From contig CAZUZG010000001.1 of assembly GCA_964624665.1 (NCBI GenBank), forward strand, positions 7,310 through 71,309: a stretch of DNA of 64,000 bases, written 5' to 3'. The first letter of the stretch is position 1. Each line of letters opens with the position of its first letter. This stretch comes from an uncultured Candidatus Saccharibacteria bacterium. Lineage in GTDB: Bacteria; Patescibacteriota; Minisyncoccia; Phycocordibacterales; UBA9973. The notes beneath the pieces are model-generated. The model was not told where the DNA came from. It saw only the letters and a program-made list of their open reading frames with translations, and ran no database searches. Of this stretch, positions 37,437-48,490 are shown one piece after another. A program made the translations under genes and the position numbers.

Positions 37437-40400
37437 CTACGGCGTGGTAATAACAATATGTTTAACTTCAGAATAATCTGTACTAACAGGCTCTCCGTTT
37501 ACACATTGTGGGCTCGGAGACAAACCGTCTGTACATATTCTTGCAGCTCCAATATAAGTTCCTGTCAGTGGGTCTCCATTGCTATAATCAGCAGGACAAA
37601 TTGATTTTATATCTAACTCAAATCCCCACGCCATAGCCTGTTGATATTGAAGCTGAGCACATTTATTTAAAATTAATTCGGGGTATGTAACTACTAAATC
37701 GGGTTTGTTGACACAAATCGGATATGTTTTAGTGCAAGTAATTTGGTTACAATCGGAAGAGGTAAGCTCCGGTAATTGGCAATCTAATTTACATTGTGCA
37801 ACTAATTCAGCAACCATTTTATCAATATCGGCCATAGTAACGGCATTTGCATCAGGATTAGCAGGGCATTCAACAATTACATAACAACTGGCCTGTAAAG
37901 CGGCAATGATAGCTTGTTTAAAATCACCCGCCTTGTTATCACAAGAGGTTTCGCAATTATCTATTACACCGGGTAACGCTTGATTGTAATTTGCAACTGC
38001 ACACGAACAAGTTGTACATGCCTCAGGTGGTGGAGTTATTTGCGGCGATTCAGTACTATTTTTTATACATTCATAAAAACTCCCTCTCATTGAACAACTC
38101 CAATCGGCAACATTCGCCTGACAGGTAGTACCTGAATAACATGGTGCGGTAGCGGGAGTTACTGTGCTTGGTCCATAAAAATTATACAGTTCTTCGCAAG
38201 TGGAATTATCACCACAGGTATATTCAAAATACTTAAATGCGAATACGGGATTTTTAATGTAGGGATATACCGGATCCGTAGTGTTATCAGGATGTGTAAC
38301 CATTGGGATTGCTGTTGATGTGCCTCCACCCCATAAAGTGTTATTGTATTCGGGCTGATCAGTGGTTAAAGGAATAAAATCATCAGGAGTCGTACTTGGA
38401 GTAATACATGAGTAACAATCCGGATTAAGAATTATTTTCGCGAATTTGTTTCCGGCACATTGTAAAAATGGAGTAACCATGTTGTATTGGTAATCTGCGT
38501 CCTCACCTCTCATCCAATTTCCAAGTAAACCCGAAATAAATTGATTCAGCCAATCGATCCCTCCACTATTATCATTGAATGGTAAATCAAATAACGAGCT
38601 CGGACCAGTTTCATTTCCGCTCTCATCATCCTGGTCATCGCCATCTGCTCCATCTTCAACATGAGAGCCTGAAGGCAAACCATCAACAACATCTTCGTAG
38701 GTATGTACAATTGCTTTCCAGCAAAGCTCCAATTGTGGACAAGTGTATTGTACCATTGGCGCGGCAGTTATTGGATTGCCATTGCAATCCGTTGTTCCCT
38801 CACAACTGTAAACGTCATTTAACATATGCGTTACCATTTGGTCAAACTGACCTATTTGGTATCCCGGGCAAAAATTGGAAGTGAAATTCAAAGCAAAACT
38901 TGCCGGACCAACAGCGTCCATAAGATACTGCTCAAAATGAGGCGTAATATGCCCTGTTCCCGGGTCAACATCACAAAGGCTTTTTTCAGTTGAACAACCA
39001 ATAGCTGTGACCGAGTAAGGACAGCAAGGGGTACTTACAGCAATTTGAACGGGATCACCATTTGAATTATAGATAAGTGAAACTGACGATGGCATAGGCA
39101 TGCCATCAGGATAAGCCGAGCCGGAAAAATAAGTTGTAATGTCAGCAGAAGGAACGTTCGCCGGAAAATTATTCAAATAGCCTTCGTAAACTTCTTGGTC
39201 GAGATGTTGGGTACAAATCCAATTCTGAACCATTGCAATGAAGCCATCAGGGCCATTTCCTTCTTTTGGAACTATTGTAACTCCTGTTGGTGTAATAATT
39301 TTTTCAATAATATAAGTTCCCGGAGGAAGACCTGAAATTGGATATGGCCCAACATCCTCAACACCACTTGCTCCGCACACAGTTTGACTGGTAAAGTTTA
39401 ACAAATCTACACCCGGGTTATCGATGTTAAATACTCTCATTGCTAAGGTATATCCGCAAGTACCATCGGCACACATAGCCTCAACATTATCGCAATCAAT
39501 ATGATAACTAACAGTAAGTGTATTACTAGCCAATGTAAGTGTTATACGTTTTGTTGTTACATAACCATCTCCAACTTTAACCTTGCCGGTAACATCATCG
39601 CATACATTTATATCTAAACCTGTTTCATCAAGAGGTACAAGCGCGGTGTTTTCGTTTGGACTAAATGCAAGGGCAGTTGCAATGGTATGCCCTTCAAAAG
39701 TATAAGTTACCGAAGCTGTATTATTGGCATCAAAAGTAATCGTTTTCAAAACAGAAGATGCGTCAGGAGCTTCGTCACCAAATAAACGTATCAGTTCCAT
39801 ATCGGAAGGACTGTCATAATATGTTCGGGTAGTATGATTTTGCCCGGTCTGTAAACCTAAACTATGCGCAAAACCAGGTGAAGATATTTCCTTAACCCTA
39901 TTCGTTCCATCGTTATAATAAATAACACGGGAATAAGGATAACCTTTAGCATCGGCAACCCTATCGGTATTTCCTGAATAATAATCAAAAGCTCCAGTGT
40001 TCTCCGAAACAATTGATGGAGTCGTAAAATTACTATTTTCGTCAAAATCATCCGCTGTATATAATTCAGGCGTTGGCGATGCCGTATTCAACATAAAGTC
40101 ATTTTTATAACCGCTCAAATTACCATTAACAGGAACAGGAAGCGAGGTTAAAGAAGGACGTCCCGTATTGTCATTTACTGTAGAAGAAACAACCGTAGTT
40201 TGTTCCGACTGAATATAAGCCTGCGATTGAGTTATGTGTTGTAAACCATTTGCATAACTGATCTGCTCATTTTTTTTATTGCCCTCATTAAAAGTACGTG
40301 AAAAAATCCAGTTCTTATCAGCATCAGGATCGGTGTAGAAAAAATAAGGGCAGGTACTTCCTGTTAATGAAGAAAGACCAAGTGAAACAGTTCCTGAGGT

Positions 40401-41303
40401 AATTGCATTTGTCCACTGTCCCCAGTTCTGATAATTTGTAGCACCGCCAGGATAATATGTTCCTATTGGGCGAACACGCCAAACATAAAATCCCGTTCCC
40501 TCTGCAATGTGCAAAGTCATTGTGGTAGCTTTATCTTCAGTTTCAATATTCAGGGCACCACTCCAGTCAATCTCAGAAGTAATAATATTTTCCGACACCA
40601 TTGTTAAAGTACTTGTATTCCTTAAACGCAATAATTGAAACTGATAATTCTGATATTCATGCCCTCCATTATTCCATGAGAAAGTAGCTAAACGCGAGCC
40701 TAACTGAGCCGTTTGTGGGGTTATGGTAAATGATTGAAATGCTGATGCGTTTCTTACATCAACACCATAATTAACGGCATAATTAATATCCAATACAAGA
40801 GAGTTTTCGATTGTTGTTTGTATCGCAGCCGGATTACCTGCATCAGGAGTAAGTGTAATGTTTGATACTACTACCTTGCCTATTTTTGCAGATGCAGTTG
40901 TCCATTGCGTAAAGTTTCTATAATATACAACTTCGGGTTTGTTTTCATCAATGTGTATTGTTTGACTGGTCGAACTAAAAACACCCGGTATTAAAACACC
41001 TGCCAATGTCTGCGCTTCAATATCAAAAGTTATGGTATACCCCCAAACAATTTTTCCAAGCGCATACTCATCTTGTCCGCTTTTAAACCGAACAAAAAGT
41101 TCTGCTTTATCTATTCTGTTATCAAGGTTAAAATTCCTGTAGGTAACATTTGTAGTTGCAGGACTTGCAGCTAAAATAGAAGCTTTAGTGATAATAGTAT
41201 TAGGCGTTCCCCAATAGGTTTGAGCATTGGCTTGCATCGTGCAACATGCAATGATCAAAAGCACCAAGCTTTTTATAAAACGGATTTTTGTTAGAAAATT
41301 CAT
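37437..41303 (-). CDS. Large secreted protein (1288 aa), Cys-rich C-terminal third, unknown function
   Basis: Signal peptide LLIIACCTMQANAQ. No recognisable enzymatic motif. Located between the TcB-like and RHS genes. Confidence 0.55.
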   Translation of the reverse strand: MNFLTKIRFIKSLVLLIIACCTMQANAQTYWGTPNTIITKASILAASPATTNVTYRNFNLDNRIDKAELFVRFKSGQDEYALGKIVWGYTITFDIEAQTLAGVLIPGVFSSTSQTIHIDENKPEVVYYRNFTQWTTASAKIGKVVVSNITLTPDAGNPAAIQTTIENSLVLDINYAVNYGVDVRNASAFQSFTITPQTAQLGSRLATFSWNNGGHEYQNYQFQLLRLRNTSTLTMVSENIITSEIDWSGALNIETEDKATTMTLHIAEGTGFYVWRVRPIGTYYPGGATNYQNWGQWTNAITSGTVSLGLSSLTGSTCPYFFYTDPDADKNWIFSRTFNEGNKKNEQISYANGLQHITQSQAYIQSEQTTVVSSTVNDNTGRPSLTSLPVPVNGNLSGYKNDFMLNTASPTPELYTADDFDENSNFTTPSIVSENTGAFDYYSGNTDRVADAKGYPYSRVIYYNDGTNRVKEISSPGFAHSLGLQTGQNHTTRTYYDSPSDMELIRLFGDEAPDASSVLKTITFDANNTASVTYTFEGHTIATALAFSPNENTALVPLDETGLDINVCDDVTGKVKVGDGYVTTKRITLTLASNTLTVSYHIDCDNVEAMCADGTCGYTLAMRVFNIDNPGVDLLNFTSQTVCGASGVEDVGPYPISGLPPGTYIIEKIITPTGVTIVPKEGNGPDGFIAMVQNWICTQHLDQEVYEGYLNNFPANVPSADITTYFSGSAYPDGMPMPSSVSLIYNSNGDPVQIAVSTPCCPYSVTAIGCSTEKSLCDVDPGTGHITPHFEQYLMDAVGPASFALNFTSNFCPGYQIGQFDQMVTHMLNDVYSCEGTTDCNGNPITAAPMVQYTCPQLELCWKAIVHTYEDVVDGLPSGSHVEDGADGDDQDDESGNETGPSSLFDLPFNDNSGGIDWLNQFISGLLGNWMRGEDADYQYNMVTPFLQCAGNKFAKIILNPDCYSCITPSTTPDDFIPLTTDQPEYNNTLWGGGTSTAIPMVTHPDNTTDPVYPYIKNPVFAFKYFEYTCGDNSTCEELYNFYGPSTVTPATAPCYSGTTCQANVADWSCSMRGSFYECIKNSTESPQITPPPEACTTCSCAVANYNQALPGVIDNCETSCDNKAGDFKQAIIAALQASCYVIVECPANPDANAVTMADIDKMVAELVAQCKLDCQLPELTSSDCNQITCTKTYPICVNKPDLVVTYPELILNKCAQLQYQQAMAWGFELDIKSICPADYSNGDPLTGTYIGAARICTDGLSPSPQCVNGEPVSTDYSEVKHIVITTP

Positions 41304-41322
41304 AGCCTTTCAGTATAATGAG

Positions 41323-42087
41323 TTAATGAGTCTTTTTGCTTTTAACTTTGGTTTTACTTCTGTTGTCAACCAGTTCGTATCCTTTATATTTCGTAGTTAA
41401 TTTTCCACTGCTTGTTATAAATATTTCTTTTACATTTTTTTCCTTTGGAGGAGTCGTGTAATTAAAATCAACCGTTTTATACGTAACAGTAGTTTGTTTG
41501 ACCTTATATGATGGTACATAATTCATTTTTAGTTGAGTCAGTAAACTATCATTCATATCCATGATACATGAAAACCCTTGCAGGTTACTTTTAGCCCTTA
41601 ATTTAACAGGAACTACCAAATCCATCCTTTTGTAATTACGCCCATTTTCTGCAAAATCTTTACACGAAACTATTTCGCTGGACATTAACAAAGAATCCCT
41701 CATTTGGAAGAGCTTTGTGTTTGTTTCTGCAAAGTTCCCTTTCTTTTCATCCACCGCATCCATCCAATAAACGGATTTATCAGCTTTTGTTACAACAAAC
41801 ATATCTTTATCATCCTTGTAAATATTCATCAGATCGCTGAGATAGAAATAGATTTTATCTGTCATAATGAGCTTTACTTCTGATTTTACTTTTGGATACA
41901 AACTACTATCCTTCATTACCGACTCACTAAGCATGTGCATATAATAGCACTGCCCTGATTTTGGCGATTTGCTGATATTCATCTTTGAATAGTAATTGCC
42001 CAATAATTTTTTGCAACCACTATCCTCCACTGTTCCTGCAAAACAGAATGGAATAAGAAGAAATACTATGTAATATTTTTTAAGCAT
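41323..42087 (-). CDS. Secreted hypothetical protein (254 aa)
   Basis: Signal peptide YIVFLLIPFCFAG. Confidence 0.45.
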   Translation of the reverse strand: MLKKYYIVFLLIPFCFAGTVEDSGCKKLLGNYYSKMNISKSPKSGQCYYMHMLSESVMKDSSLYPKVKSEVKLIMTDKIYFYLSDLMNIYKDDKDMFVVTKADKSVYWMDAVDEKKGNFAETNTKLFQMRDSLLMSSEIVSCKDFAENGRNYKRMDLVVPVKLRAKSNLQGFSCIMDMNDSLLTQLKMNYVPSYKVKQTTVTYKTVDFNYTTPPKEKNVKEIFITSSGKLTTKYKGYELVDNRSKTKVKSKKTH

Positions 42088-45000
42088 TTATCGTAGTACG
42101 GATTCTGTATTGTAATGAGTTTCAGTAATTGTTTTCATACCTCTTTCCGTTTCAACCATTTTACGAATCAACTTACCTTCATCGTTATACTGGTAAAACA
42201 ATCCGAAATTTCTGTCATCAAACTGCGCTATCAGACGAAGTGATTTGTTGTCATAAACATAAGATGTTACCTGAGCATCGATTGGCTGGAAACGGAAATC
42301 ATCCATTAAAACCTGTTCACCTCCTTGAGCATTGTATTTTAAAGCAATGCTTGAGCTTGTTGCACCACTCCAGTTTGTAATATTTACTTCATATAAAGAC
42401 CAATCTCCAAGCGTTGCAACTTTTGTAAATGGAACCGTTCCTCCGGAAGTCACAGCCCGTAAGTTTCCGCTTAAATTATGCGTTGATGATTTTAACCATA
42501 GTTTTATGGCAGCTCCTTTCGTGGCAAGACCTGTACTCGTTAGATTAATATTAGAAAGCATGGTATAGCCGGAAGAAACGGATACTGAAATATCAAGCGA
42601 TTGTTTTCCCGAGTGTCCATCCGCAACAATTACCGGACTACCGCTGTAATCTGAATTGTATTCAAAATCATAGAAATAAGAAGCGGCGTACTTGGTATTT
42701 TTACCGATTAGTACCGGAACCAGTTTCTTGTAACCATACTTAGCCGCACTATATATACCTGTAATATCCACTTCTTCGAGTGCTTCGCCATCAGGAGAAT
42801 ACATAGTAACTTCATTTACTTTTATCCAATTGTTTGAGCTATTGGAAGGGTTTTGCCAATCAAATAATGAGAAGGTATTGAAAATTCCTCCATCCCAAAT
42901 TTTGTTTGTTCCCTGTTGGTTGGAAGACAAAACAATTTCATCTTTATAAGCATAATTTGCTTTCAATCTGAAAATTGGATTTGAAGCAGCAGCTGTCGCT
43001 GTGGAATAATCTGCAATTAAATCTGTTGCTCCCCAATTCCACGAATTGGAATATTCCATGGCTTCTGCTGATACAATCCCCTGCGGGCTTCCAAACCATG
43101 GTAATGGTGTTGGACTTAATGGCCCTCCGATATTAACATACGTTGGACTTGTTCCCGGGGCTAAAATAAATGGATTACCATTTATTCCGTAGGAAACAAC
43201 AGTACCTGCGGGTAGCTTCAACTGGTTAGTGTTTGAAGATGAAATCCATTTTGGTCGCATAGCTGTGTAATACCACGCAGCCGGAATATTCATGCTATAA
43301 AACGCTCCGTCATGCGGAACTGTTTTGTCTGCTAACATAAGTTTATCGAAACCGTCATAGGTACGTGTAAGTACTTTATTACCGGTATAATAATCAAAGC
43401 CCAAATTATCTGTAACAGACCATGAACCATCCTGGTAAGCACGCACAGATTTTATTATCGCAGGATATCTTGTAACTTTTGAAATAGAGTGAGAACTTAT
43501 TGCACTCTCATGCAAGTCCATAGATACACAAGCTGTAACAAAAATAGGTGGTGGTATTGCAAGTGTTATACTCACATCGAGTTCTAATGAAAGATCAATG
43601 TTCTTATCTTCAATAGAACGCATATCCATGCAGAGATCCATTTCTTTACCCGGATAGGATTTAATGGCTTTTATACCGCCATTTTCACCATACATCAGCG
43701 TAATCTTTTCGCCAGGTTCAAAGTAGGTAAATTCCTGGGCTGAAGTAAGGTATGCATCAGGAGAATTAAAGCCTCCCGATCCATTTGCTGTTGGTGTCAT
43801 TGAAGTACCACCATACGTATATGTCGCCTTTGTTTGACCATGCATGCTATTGATAATAAATCGGAATCCCTGAGCCAGCCACTGCTTGGATTTAGAGTAA
43901 TTAATAAGTCCGGCAGGAACTTGTAAAAAGTCCTTCTTTGAATTTGAACTGAGTTCACTTGCTTCAAATCCTTTTCCTACAACATCATCCGTTGAATAGT
44001 AACGGTCAAAGGCATAATCCTTTGCAGTATAAAATTCATTCACAGAAAATCCTGTACCGGTATTTCCGCTATGAATATTTTTTGTAACGACCCTCGAATA
44101 TCCAATGGATGGAGAAGATATAATACTTTCTCCCAGAGGCCCTTCTAACTCCGTTTTATCTTCACCTGCGGTTAATTGGCTATACAGAGATTGTGATTTA
44201 CGCGGGATTAAATATACCAATGGACTTTCTTCTTTACCTCCGGAAGGCTCATTTACAGCTACACCGCTACTCAATCCATCGTTCCCTTTGTATTCGTATT
44301 CCGAACCATAAAGAACAGCATCGCCCGTTTCCATTCCAGGATCATACATTAATAAACGTTTAACTCTTATTCCACCACCTCGTTTATCTTTTACAAGCGG
44401 AACACGGACATAAGACAAGGATGGTAAATACTCACCAACATCACCTAACTCAGGAACATCATAAGTATCATCTGAAAGTGTTGGTAAAATACCAGTAGCA
44501 CCACCTGTTATCCCCTTTGCTATTTGCTTTACAAATCTAGGTAAAGGCTTATTCGGACCTCCCTCGTTAATATTATTATCATCAAAACTAAATGTAGAAG
44601 CATCGCTGACGTTTCCTGTATGATGAAGATATGCATCTGTTAGATCCGCATCAAACCCATCATAATTTGTTGAACAATTAAGTTTTCCACCCTTTTGAGA
44701 TCTCACATACTGCAAGCACTTCCCTTTTGGTGTATGTTCTCCATCATCGGTAATACTAATTATTATTTCATTTCCGGAAGCTGAAACACCTGAAACATCA
44801 ACATAGCCGTCAATATACTCTGATGTGCAATTATCACTAAGTGATGGTGTAACACCCGACTTTAATCCATAAAGGAATTTGAAAAACATTTTTTTCTTAT
44901 CAGGGCCAAGATACTCTGCTGTTATAGCGTCCTTCAAAGCATCGCGTTCATTTGCAAAGCCTGGATCTGAAGGGTTATACCCCAAATCAGCCAGATTAAT

Positions 45001-47856
45001 ATGATACTCAGCTGTACCTGATGAAGAAGTTAGTGATACCATTGCCATTGCCTTTCTGTCCTGTACATAACGATAATCCTTTTCCTCATACTGGATATGA
45101 ATTTCTCCACCCGATGGTAAAACAATTTGTTTTAATTGCCAGGCCGCAGGATCGTAATTAGCAGTTGAAGGAATAGCTCCCTGATACACCCATGGTTTCA
45201 TATCTATGTGTCTTTGTGCACCGTCGTATTGATGATGCCCCCACATATCCATATTGTATGGTTCGTAATTAGGATTCTGAGCATAATAATTTAATAAAGC
45301 ATATGGAGTAGAAGTTCCAGCTATATCGGGGTATTTACTCTGCAATTGAGCCGGATAATTCGTATGATATTCATATTTGAATTCGTAGGGCGAAATTTTC
45401 GCATTATAAATCCCTTCGTATTCAAACCATATTTTTTTCAAAGTTAATTTCCCGCTTCCGGCACCGGTCGCTGTAGAATTTGGTAAGCCTTGAACTAGAC
45501 TATTATCATATTCGAAATTCACAATCTTAATAGGCTTGTCGTAACGACCTTTTGCGAAAAGTATGATTTTCTCTAATTTTTCAAGTTTCTGCGTTCCTTT
45601 CATCGTAGTACTTGCAGAAGCTCCAGCAGCACCACCCAAACCGTCAGGTCTATCAATCCCTGAACCGTTTAATACCGTTTGATTTGCTGAAGGAATACCA
45701 AATGAAGCAAAGTCACTTGCAACAGTTTCATTTGTAATGAAGAATGCCACATGGGTTTTTGTTTCAATAACTTTTAAATAGTTAACTTCCTTTTCTCCAA
45801 TATTCAATCCCCCCATATCATCATTCTTGTCAGAAATTTGGTTTTTAGCATAAGTAAGTCCATTGTACGGAATACGCCAGTTATACCAACTACCTTGCGA
45901 ACTATTATCTCCATACACTTTTCTATAATCAAATTTTGTCCATGAACCGAAATCATCATCATCGGGTGCGCCATTACCGTTAGCATCAACATATTCAGGC
46001 GAAATAATTTGTGTAAGTAAATAAGAAGATGCATAAGGGGTACTTCTTTTTTCACCAACAACTGTCTTATTTACAATCGGATCGCTTTCATTCGCATCAT
46101 GTGCAACTAAGTAGTTGTTTTGTGGTATTGCATTATCAATATCCACCTGAATATTTAATTCATTTTTATTGTATACGGGTAAACTGTAAACATATTTATT
46201 TCCTTCGTCATTGTATATTTCAAAAGTAGAAAGGCCGGAATTAGGATTAATATAGGAAGATGATCCTCCTGTTTGTGTCATTCCACTGGCATTGGTATTA
46301 ACATCTGAAGGAACCCTAGGTTTGAAATTTTTAACTCCGGGAATATTTAAATCAGTTTCAAATTTAGCAACAGAAACACCTGTATTGGAGGAATAATCTA
46401 TACTACCTCCTAAATCATTATTAAATCGGAAAACATAATCGGATAAAGACCCTGAACCAGAATATTCATAATCTCCTCCAGCGTTTGCAACATCCCACTG
46501 CTTATTTTGAATGTACTGTTTACCAATACCAAAATCGAAACCAACTTCAAGATTAGCCCCCAAGCCAATCTCCAATCCCATTTGCCTTGTCTTTATTTCA
46601 CTCTTGGTATAGTTAGGACGATAATGACCGACACGTTTGTCATACATACGAAAACCACCACTAACACCTTCACCACTTACAGAAAAATTATCCGCATTGT
46701 TAAAAGGTATACCAATAAAATTATTTCTCTTATTATATGGATTGTCTTTTTCAAGATAGTAATCAGTCATTGCATCTTCACCGGGAGCAAATCCAATACC
46801 TGATGTACTAACAGTTACATTACCTCCCTGAGCAACATCCTTATTATGCATATAACCATATACACTTCTGTTAACAATTGGTGCATTTCCTTGAATATTG
46901 AAATTTCCTTTTTGACCCACTTCTACTCCTACAGGAATGGAAGGATTTGCCTGAATAGTGCTTGACCAGTTGTAGCCCAATCCTGTGTAAGGAGTTAGTG
47001 CCATAGAGCGCACTGCTTCAGAATGTGTAAACAATCCATAAGATGTACCGAAGGACTGTCCTCCGCTATATTTTAAATTGTTTTTCATTTTAACCTTCGG
47101 CACAAAATCTTTCTTCTTTGCGTTCTTTAATTTTTGCTTGGCAGCCTTTAGCTGATCTTTTAAAGATTTCTTTACCTCTTTTACTTTTTTCTGTTTAGGT
47201 TCATTATCCTTCTTTTTTTGTTTTTTAGTCAAACCTCTTAAAATTGCAACAGGATTAATATTTGCAGAGAAAGTGTATTCACCATCGCTTACATTCATTC
47301 CCAAATTCACCATCCCTTTAAAGCCAACATTCATTCCAATGTTCTTTGAATAGCCTTGATAGTTGTTGTATCTCAAACAACGGGAAGCCCCTAAAGAAAC
47401 ATCCAATGAAAAGGCATCCAATCCAACATCTTTTGTAACTGATGCTGACCAATTAGGTTTTGTTTTATTATAGTAGGTTACCTGCTCACCACTCCATTCA
47501 TCCGGAAAACCTCTTACATCACGGTTAATCGCACCAGGGTTTAATGTCCAGCCATAACCAACCCATGAGGCTTCTTCTTCAGCCGATCCACCCGAGTGGT
47601 ATGAAAGTGATAAATCGTAACCATCACCTTCCGGCCCCGGAACTTTTATAACAGGTAAATTATAAGTGAAATCACCAGAAAATACATTTACCATATCTGT
47701 AGTTGCAACCGGTTCAAAACTTGAGAACTCTGGCGCATTTGGACCTGATGTTAATGCAAATGCAACTGTCGGACTAAATATTTCCGAAAGAAAGGCAACA
47801 GTCAATATTAACGCTGTTACTCTTATTACCTTATTTTTTCGATGCTTATACATCAT
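42088..47856 (-). CDS. SpvB/TcaC-N-terminal-domain protein (Tc-toxin TcB-like), 1922 aa, with C-terminal YD-type repeats
   Basis: N-terminal ..TSGPNAPEFSSFEPVATTDMVNVFSGDFTYNLPVIKVPGPEGDGYDLSLSYHSG...WVGYGWTL matches the Salmonella virulence plasmid SpvB N-terminal domain signature. Lys-rich linker. C-terminal YVYDNKSLRLIAQFDDRNFGLFYQYNDEGKLIRK. Confidence 0.7.
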   Translation of the reverse strand: MMYKHRKNKVIRVTALILTVAFLSEIFSPTVAFALTSGPNAPEFSSFEPVATTDMVNVFSGDFTYNLPVIKVPGPEGDGYDLSLSYHSGGSAEEEASWVGYGWTLNPGAINRDVRGFPDEWSGEQVTYYNKTKPNWSASVTKDVGLDAFSLDVSLGASRCLRYNNYQGYSKNIGMNVGFKGMVNLGMNVSDGEYTFSANINPVAILRGLTKKQKKKDNEPKQKKVKEVKKSLKDQLKAAKQKLKNAKKKDFVPKVKMKNNLKYSGGQSFGTSYGLFTHSEAVRSMALTPYTGLGYNWSSTIQANPSIPVGVEVGQKGNFNIQGNAPIVNRSVYGYMHNKDVAQGGNVTVSTSGIGFAPGEDAMTDYYLEKDNPYNKRNNFIGIPFNNADNFSVSGEGVSGGFRMYDKRVGHYRPNYTKSEIKTRQMGLEIGLGANLEVGFDFGIGKQYIQNKQWDVANAGGDYEYSGSGSLSDYVFRFNNDLGGSIDYSSNTGVSVAKFETDLNIPGVKNFKPRVPSDVNTNASGMTQTGGSSSYINPNSGLSTFEIYNDEGNKYVYSLPVYNKNELNIQVDIDNAIPQNNYLVAHDANESDPIVNKTVVGEKRSTPYASSYLLTQIISPEYVDANGNGAPDDDDFGSWTKFDYRKVYGDNSSQGSWYNWRIPYNGLTYAKNQISDKNDDMGGLNIGEKEVNYLKVIETKTHVAFFITNETVASDFASFGIPSANQTVLNGSGIDRPDGLGGAAGASASTTMKGTQKLEKLEKIILFAKGRYDKPIKIVNFEYDNSLVQGLPNSTATGAGSGKLTLKKIWFEYEGIYNAKISPYEFKYEYHTNYPAQLQSKYPDIAGTSTPYALLNYYAQNPNYEPYNMDMWGHHQYDGAQRHIDMKPWVYQGAIPSTANYDPAAWQLKQIVLPSGGEIHIQYEEKDYRYVQDRKAMAMVSLTSSSGTAEYHINLADLGYNPSDPGFANERDALKDAITAEYLGPDKKKMFFKFLYGLKSGVTPSLSDNCTSEYIDGYVDVSGVSASGNEIIISITDDGEHTPKGKCLQYVRSQKGGKLNCSTNYDGFDADLTDAYLHHTGNVSDASTFSFDDNNINEGGPNKPLPRFVKQIAKGITGGATGILPTLSDDTYDVPELGDVGEYLPSLSYVRVPLVKDKRGGGIRVKRLLMYDPGMETGDAVLYGSEYEYKGNDGLSSGVAVNEPSGGKEESPLVYLIPRKSQSLYSQLTAGEDKTELEGPLGESIISSPSIGYSRVVTKNIHSGNTGTGFSVNEFYTAKDYAFDRYYSTDDVVGKGFEASELSSNSKKDFLQVPAGLINYSKSKQWLAQGFRFIINSMHGQTKATYTYGGTSMTPTANGSGGFNSPDAYLTSAQEFTYFEPGEKITLMYGENGGIKAIKSYPGKEMDLCMDMRSIEDKNIDLSLELDVSITLAIPPPIFVTACVSMDLHESAISSHSISKVTRYPAIIKSVRAYQDGSWSVTDNLGFDYYTGNKVLTRTYDGFDKLMLADKTVPHDGAFYSMNIPAAWYYTAMRPKWISSSNTNQLKLPAGTVVSYGINGNPFILAPGTSPTYVNIGGPLSPTPLPWFGSPQGIVSAEAMEYSNSWNWGATDLIADYSTATAAASNPIFRLKANYAYKDEIVLSSNQQGTNKIWDGGIFNTFSLFDWQNPSNSSNNWIKVNEVTMYSPDGEALEEVDITGIYSAAKYGYKKLVPVLIGKNTKYAASYFYDFEYNSDYSGSPVIVADGHSGKQSLDISVSVSSGYTMLSNINLTSTGLATKGAAIKLWLKSSTHNLSGNLRAVTSGGTVPFTKVATLGDWSLYEVNITNWSGATSSSIALKYNAQGGEQVLMDDFRFQPIDAQVTSYVYDNKSLRLIAQFDDRNFGLFYQYNDEGKLIRKMVETERGMKTITETHYNTESVLR

Positions 47857-47866
47857 AGCTTTTTAT

Positions 47867-48490
47867 TTATAAAAAATTCAAATTAATTTCCTGATTGATC
47901 TCCTTTTTCTTGAATACAAAATGTGAAATACCTGTTTTGAAAAGTTCTCCATCCAATATAAAATCAAACTCTTCGGAGTTTTCCAAATCAGAAGTTTTAT
48001 CCTTTTCCGTAAAAACAATTAGGAAATTTCTTCCCTTTTCAACACTGTAAGTATTTTCCATATTCACTAAAACAGGGGCTAATTCCTGCTTATCAGTTTT
48101 TAGTGTGATGAATCCTTCCATGTCAAAATTTAAAGTCTTTGTTCTTTCAACATAATCCCCAAAAGAGGCTACATCTTCGTATTGAATATCTCCTCCCTTT
48201 TTTACATCGGCCGGCTCAATCTTAAGTAAAAAAGTGCGCGACTTTGAATAGTAATTTTCCAAACTGTCTTTTACATCTTTACTTGTTCCCTTTTTATTCT
48301 TAAGTTCCTTGTATGCCAAAAATTGCGGTGGAAGATATTTAACGCTGATCTTTTTATCGCCAATCACCTTTATTTTAATAAACCCGTTTTCATCGTTGTT
48401 AAACCATTTGTAAAAGGCGGCCTCATCCTTAAAGCCACTTGAACAGCTACTTAAAAGAGAAGCAATAAATATTAAAATATATATTCTCAT
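47867..48490 (-). CDS. Lipoprotein (hypothetical)
   Basis: Lipobox ASLLSSC-SSG. Confidence 0.5.
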   Translation of the reverse strand: MRIYILIFIASLLSSCSSGFKDEAAFYKWFNNDENGFIKIKVIGDKKISVKYLPPQFLAYKELKNKKGTSKDVKDSLENYYSKSRTFLLKIEPADVKKGGDIQYEDVASFGDYVERTKTLNFDMEGFITLKTDKQELAPVLVNMENTYSVEKGRNFLIVFTEKDKTSDLENSEEFDFILDGELFKTGISHFVFKKKEINQEINLNFL

